NCBI GenBank assembly: GCA_000708835.1
Contig: DF237359.1
Location: 19,202 to 83,201, forward strand
From: Klebsormidium nitens
Taxonomy: Eukaryota > Plantae > Klebsormidiophyceae
Reading direction: 5' to 3'
DNA: 64,000 nucleotides
The stretch's first letter is position 1; each line of letters opens with the position of its first letter. Both the position numbers and the translations under genes were made by a program. Positions 57,961 through 64,000 of the stretch are shown one piece after another. The notes under the pieces were generated by a model that was given only the letters and a program-made list of their open reading frames with translations, did no database searches and was not told the origin of the DNA.

Positions 57961-59177
57961 CTGACATATTCACTTTCTATCTTGGTGCGCAGGGCTCAGG
58001 GCGCCACCGTGGACGTGCTTTCGTTTCCGTTCAGCATCCCCGGAACCACCGGACTGAGCACCAGCTCGATCCTTCCGACGGACTTCAAAGTGGACATCAA
58101 CAAGTTCCTCTCCGGTAAGTCAAAACACTTTGTTGTTTTACCTCAGATTCCTCAAGCTTCAATATTGGGAGGGTTAAGGTTTAGGTTCTTCGCTTGGAAA
58201 CTTGAGACATGAGAATATGGGAGCTTCATAGTTGCGAAGGTGCATGTTTGAGATTAACTAAAGCGCTAGCAAGCGGCTATCAGGTTTTCAATCAGGTCTT
58301 CAGTCAATCCAAGGTTCGCGTTCTCAGCGCCTTTAACTTGTGCTGCGGATACGCTTCAAACGATCGGTTTCCTCGATTCTTCAAAGTGTTCTGTCGGAGC
58401 GTAACATTCTGTGCTCAGATTAATAACGGATACCGATATGGGTCCTGTCAAAAGAGAATATTGAAACAAGAGCGCTCCTCAATGTGACAACATGATCCGC
58501 TGATTGATAGTGCACTTTCTCTCGGATTATGGGGTCTTTCGTCACTGGTTCATACTTCCTGAGTACAGATTGCCAACGTTCTGATCTCCCTGTCAAGCAG
58601 AGCGGATGTGAAGGTCGGACAGCGTAACGGTTTGACTACTCTTTTCACGTGTAACGATTTGATTACTCTTTTCACGTCTTGCCCAAAACAGAGCCGTTTC
58701 TTCTCCTCTCTAACAAGTTCAGAGTCTAGTTCACGACTCCGTTCCATATTCGAAGTCTCACAATCCTCCGTACTAAACCTGATCTTGTTTTCGCTTTCAG
58801 AGCTGACGTGGAGGCCTGGCTACACCGTCCAGACTTCTCTCGCGGATATGATTCAGTTCAACAAGGTACGTACATTTCAATACTCGAGGGTGAAATGCCT
58901 GCTAGCTTTTAAGGACTGAGCTTCTAAGGGTTTTTAGGGTTTTATGGTTTTAACACAGAAAGGACCTTGCCTAATGTCCTTTTACCTTCAGCATAGAGAA
59001 GGCGCTCGGTGTTCATGTCGAAATGCTCATTTCATGATCCGAATATATAAAGAGAAGGAGACCGTTACGGCTGTTTGGTATAACTCAAAAAGTGAACGGG
59101 CGCTTCTTAACATCTTGAATGACTCGGACGGCTTGAGTAACTTCTTGACAGGTGCGACCTTTCCTATCTAGTTGATG

Positions 59178-59372
59178 GGACAGCCGTTTGAAACTTCAAT
59201 CTCCCTTCAAGTGCAGCCTCTAATCCTTTGAATCAAATCGGTCCGATCTCCGGTTTCAACACGCGGCTGATTCGGACAGCCGTTTGAATTTGCAATCTCC
59301 GTCCAAGTGCAGCCTGAGTCTATGCCTTTGAATCAAGTCGGTCTGATTTCCGGTTTCAACACGCGGCTGATG
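59178..59372. repeat. ~98-bp intron-only tandem duplication in amidase B intron 12
   Basis: 'ggacagccgtttgaa..caatctcc.t.caagtgcagcct..cctttgaatcaa.tcggtc.gat.tccggtttcaacacgcggctgat' occurs twice. Confidence 0.9.
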
Positions 59373-62300
59373 CATGTGAATCCTCTTTTATCCGCAGGAC
59401 AACTATCTGCTCGAGTTCCAGGGCGGTACGTGCTGCCGCGGCCAGCCCGCCTACGGCAACTTCTTCCAGCAGACCTGGGAACAGGCGCAGAACACCACCG
59501 GGTTTGACTCGGCCCCCTACCTTAGCTCCAAGCAGGTAACCCACTTTCGCCTTTGACACACTTCAAAGATGTGGGCTGTTTTACGGGATTGTGTTAGGAT
59601 TCCGTTGAAGAAGGATTCTCCCAGCAGACCGGGGAACAGGCGCAGAACACCACCGGGTTTGAGTCGGCCCCCTACCTTAGCTCCAAGCAGGTAGAATTCT
59701 CATCCTCGCAACTTCTGAACACTTCATCGTCCTCCAGAGTACTCTTGTCGACAGTAGACCGCTCCGTCGTTCGCTCTGTTCCAAGAGCAAGACCCGCAAG
59801 AGGGCGCAGAAACCAACAATTTTCCACTCGACCACGTGTGCATACTTTCCGCGCCTTTGCAGCCGCAGACCTTGTCTCATGGAAGTCATGTACGAGGACA
59901 TTAGGGGTTTTGTAGTTTGATGATGGCAAGGGAAAGCAGAACTCGTGCATCCCGGATACTAGGCCTTGAGAGAAGAGCTTTGAACAGGACCGGATACTGT
60001 TTCATCCCCATCATCACGACCGAGCTGCGCTTCAAAGGCAATGTGTCTAATTTTCCTTGGAGCGTACGTCAAAGCATTGACCTGAAAGCACGAATATTGA
60101 CTTACCCACATTCTTTTCTGGCTTCGTATGATGTCGTCCTGGTTCATCAGATTCACTTATCATTAGTCTCCTCCGCTTATGCCAGAACGCATCAGCGATC
60201 GCGGCTGCCATCACTACGTTCTTCAACAGCAACGGCTACGACGCTATTACCTCCACCGGGGGGTTCACCGGTACCTTTGCCACCGCCCAGTAAGTCACCC
60301 CCCCAGTTTGGAACAATTTGGATGTCCCTAGTTTCTTTCCGACCCCCTCGATTATGTGATTCTTTGCGCTTTACAACCCTTTCATTTTTCCGGACCCTTT
60401 TCTTTTACCTTGGAAATTCTGTCCGGGGGGTTCATCGGTACCTTTGCCACCGCCCAGTAAGTCACCCCCCCACTTTGGAACGATTTGGACATCCCTACTT
60501 TATTTCCGACCCACTTAATTTTGTGATTCTGTGTGCTTTACAACCATTTCAGATCTTCGGACCCTTTTCTTTTACTTGCTGTCCAGCTGTCTGTGTCAGC
60601 CAAATACCCGTTTCAGCTCAGTCCGCCACTTTCAATGGGACTGAGTGGACCGTGTGAACCGCACTCTCGGTAGCTTCTTTCGTGGCTAAAAACTTCGAGC
60701 AATGTTTGGCAAATGCCACTGCCGCCCACCAAAATGACTCGTTGGCTTCAGCAGCCATGCCACCATCAGATTTTCGTCTCACACTAGTTCTAATCAAACC
60801 GTCGATACGGTGCTTGCACTTTCGTCTCAAGCTGATCCTTCAAAAGTTCTCCCAGGATTGTTTCAAAAGCTGACGTGATCTGGCCAGAACTGTCCGAACC
60901 GTACTTCGACCATGCAACCTCAATAAGTAAACTCTGCTCCCTTGCGACCATGCAATCTCAATAAGTAAACTCTGCTCCTTTGTGATTTCGTCATCAGACA
61001 ACTGGCCCTGATTTTGATTTCTCCGGTCACCTCTCCAGGTTTCCGAGCATCACAATCCCCGGGCTCAAGACCAGCCTTGGGGCGCCAACCGGGGTCATCT
61101 TCCACGGGTTGAAGTATACGGAGGCAAAGCTTATCGAGATCGCTTATGCATACGAGCAGGCCAAGCCCTTCCCGCGCCCGCTCCCGACCTATTGCAACGC
61201 CGCCAGTTGCTAAGCGGCACGTGGCAAGCGCGCAGAAAATTTACGAGCGCGCAGTTTGGATTGCTCGCGGATAAGATGGGGAGTTTGATAAGTATTTATT
61301 TGAAGGGTCAGTCGCACTGCGGACATTTTAAGTTATCGCACCATTGTTGGGCGCTGGATTTTGACGGGTGTTGTCAGGAGTTAAGGTTATCGATGTCTGG
61401 CTTCGCAGATACAAACGCTGCCACCTCTAAAAAAAGGAAGACAAACAGAGGGTGGTTTGAACAAAGACCAATACAACCTGCGAAAGCTGAAAGTACGGCG
61501 AAGGAAGTTGTTGGCAATTTTGACAATCAAGAAGGCATTGATGGATCCTTCTAGAGCAGTCAAGTACCCTGTACGTCTTAGAAGAGGAGCAGGGTTTTGC
61601 GGGGTAATGGCTTCAGGATTCTAAGTAGGATTTTGTTAAACGTCATCCAAACGTCCAATAAAGTCGTCATAAAAAATAGAAACTTTCCATTTATCTGCCC
61701 CAATCCTCCGATGGTCGGAATGTACTCGCACGGGATAATATATCAAATTCCAGTGGATGACTTATCACGCCACTCATGCCTTCCTGAGAACCCTGGCCAA
61801 TCAGCTTCATTGGGATTCCAAACCAGTGGGTTTGGAAAGGCAACCCATGTTGGGGGGGGATACCGCATGGATTACTAGCTAGCATGTACAGGTACTTATT
61901 TCGATTTTTCACTTGTATGCAAAGCTGTTTGCAGCAAGTATATTCGACCTTCCGAGGCGATATCCTACCGAGTGCATACGGCCCAACACCCACCTCAAAA
62001 AAACTACTGCCTCTCGGATACATGAGCGTCCATGGAATTTTGAAACGCAACGTAAGTCTAAGCTGTAGATGAACCTTGCATACGTTCGAAAAAGTAAACT
62101 GCATGCTCAATGGTAGCAATCACAGGCGGTGCGTATAAATTAAGTGCAGCTGCCGGGTGGTACGTTATCTGCTAGGTCCCAGGTCTCAGTCAACTCACGT
62201 ACCAAACATGTTTCGAGTCGACCAAAGCGAGTAATCTGCAAGCAAGCTAGGCGGCCGTCACTGACAGGTAACTGAATAATTAAAGGAGCTGCTCCGATCG

Positions 62301-63856
62301 GGTGTGATATCGTGACACCGAGTCGACCAGACGTAGCTGCATATGGCATTACTAGCTACTTCAATTCCACTTCTGAGTTGCGAGCATGACAGCATCTATG
62401 CAGCTCGTTTCAAGGTTGTGAACTAGTGTGCCAGTGGACTGAGAGTAGGGCCTTATCAATGGTCGGAATCACCGACGGAGTCAACGAGTCACTGACCGAT
62501 CAATCTACCAATGCAAACCCGGCGGCTCGACTGCATATCTTCAATACACCTGTTTCGACTAACAAGTAATTGCAGGGGTCGAAGGCTAAGTATGCAAGAG
62601 TATACTGAGTGACGACATGCGCGAAAGCGATTGCAACGGCGCAAAATGACAAAAGTATTGATACATATATACATGCAGGGCAACTCGAGCGCATTGTGTA
62701 GTGTTTGAACTTTGCCAAGTTCAATACTAGTGACTCAACCGCATATACTAAGCCAGCAAAATCGCATTCAATAAGTTACTCCTCACTTGACGAGAATATC
62801 ATAATTTTAGATGGGGCAGCACATTAATTTCGGCTGTCAGGCTGTGCAGCCCAGGAGGCTTCCGGGCATAGGACCTAGTAACCTAGCTCGGAACTTAGAC
62901 TGGTTAATTTCAGGAAGTTGCTCGTCGATCCTTGTGTGCTGCCCTATACTTGGTTGCTCGAGAAACCTGACCTGTGCGCGAGCGCAACTTTGAACCGAGT
63001 TGATTTCAGTTCGGTTAATTTAGACAGTAGTTTTCCGACTTCGGACTTCGTGCGGCGAACCAGACATAGCCGCGCATCAGGACCTGTGTTGCTACGGATG
63101 GGCGCCTGGGCGCGTTCCAAAGCATTAAACATTTCGGTTTTGACTTTTTGCAACCTTTCCTAGGTGGAATAGACAGCCTGGCACGGCCGCCTTCAGTCGG
63201 ACAGCGTTTTCGGACCCTCCCGGAACTGCCAATGACTGGCCGGAGTGACGTCAGCAACCAGACGGAACGCTTCTTAAACGCGTTCCAAAGTACGGAACTT
63301 TATGAGTCCGGACTTCTTACATGATTACCTGTTTGTACATGACTTTTAAGTCATGCTAAACCTAAAGCTACTGTTGCAGAGACCAGACGGAACAGGGCCC
63401 AGGACTGAGAAACGGAGTATCTGGACAGTGCACATGCCTGTGTAACAGCAGCGTGGCGACATCGCGGGAGCGAGACGGCAACAGCATGACAACATCAGCG
63501 GAGCAGTTGTGCGACTTAAGGGCTGCCAAGCTGTTGGAAGAAGACGTTAGAAGTTGATTTCGATAGCCTTACATAGTGTTGTGTGGTCGGACTTCGAGTC
63601 TGACAGTGGTAGACTCCTAGCTTGATAGCCTGGCAATTGCAGTTACGCAATTGCGGTTTGCAGGTTTTACAGTAAGACTTTAGACCTAGCAAGATTTGTG
63701 TGCTAGCATCTAGGAGGACGTATAAAAGCAAGGAACCTACGTCCATTAGAACAATTCCAAATTCCAAAACATTCTCTGTTAGATTATTGGAGATCAGACG
63801 AAGTTGAGAAGGTCATGTGTCACGCCAGATTGGCTCCTTGCCATAGCACGTCCTGA

Positions 63857-63872
63857 GCGCGCGCGCGCGCGC
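63857..63872. repeat. (GC)8 alternating purine-pyrimidine run
   Basis: Read directly: gcgcgcgcgcgcgcgc. Confidence 0.9.
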
Positions 63873-64000
63873 ATCGCGCCGCCGCCGCCACAGGCTCATA
63901 GCCTATGCACGGCCATAGCCTATTCATGTTGGACCCTTCGTTTATTGGGGTCCATGCATTTTGGCCCCTTTGCATTATTCGCATTTAATGCATGGCGCAA

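Larger units (their letters stand above)
50954..61213 (+). pseudogene. Amidase paralog B: complete 15-exon structure (716 codons) but with an in-frame TAG at 56330-56332 (codon 433); recent pseudogene, null allele or sequencing error
   Basis: Exons 50954-50969, 52234-52365, 52806-53006, 53588-53913, 54420-54594, 55082-55242, 55634-55798, 56210-56352, 56895-57034, 57217-57304, 57993-58114, 58801-58865, 59398-59535, 60186-60289, 61039-61213 (2151 nt). Exon 8 reads ccg ctg TAG gag where paralog A reads ccg ctc TCG gag (PLSE). All splice sites and catalytic motifs are otherwise intact. Confidence 0.85.

Noticed and set aside
61691-62119. 142-aa ORF downstream of amidase B
   Set aside because: No motif, no splice support and no codon-bias signal like the GC-rich exons of the real genes.
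1-64000. rRNA, tRNA or snoRNA genes and intact transposons
   Set aside because: No cloverleaf, rRNA-conserved segments, LTR pairs or transposase/RT catalytic motifs recognised by eye. A covariance-model or RepeatModeler search would be needed to exclude them fully.

Overview
Eukaryotic, intron-rich genomic DNA. GT(G/A)AG or GTACG donors, YAG acceptors, CTGAC/CTAAC branch sites and plant-type genes suggest a streptophyte green alga such as Klebsormidium (inference, not verified). Gene models were built by hand from splice signals, and exon phases were checked for frame consistency. The window holds: (1) a 5'-truncated Aim32/Apd1-type sucrase-ferredoxin-like gene (+); (2) an orphan 6-exon gene (+); (3) two paralogous 15-exon genes for a secreted amidase-signature enzyme with an unusual N-terminal pair of Cys-rich repeats. 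Copy A (-, 11972-23826) is intact; copy B (+, 50954-61213) carries one in-frame TAG, and the two point away from each other ~27 kb apart. There is also a decayed third copy of the terminal exon; (4) between the paralogs, a single-domain PDIL5-1-like protein disulfide isomerase (-), an Alba/RGG RNA-binding protein (-), a DUF4787-like small secreted Cys protein (+) and decayed coding-like relics. No rRNA, tRNA or CRISPR array was found. The most striking pattern is that introns in almost every gene contain degenerate tandem copies ('echoes') of the adjacent exon end plus its splice site. Some form arrays of up to 6 copies, and in the amidase pair the echoes match each paralog's own exon sequence. 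The amidase paralogs also differ by a 1-nt intron slide.
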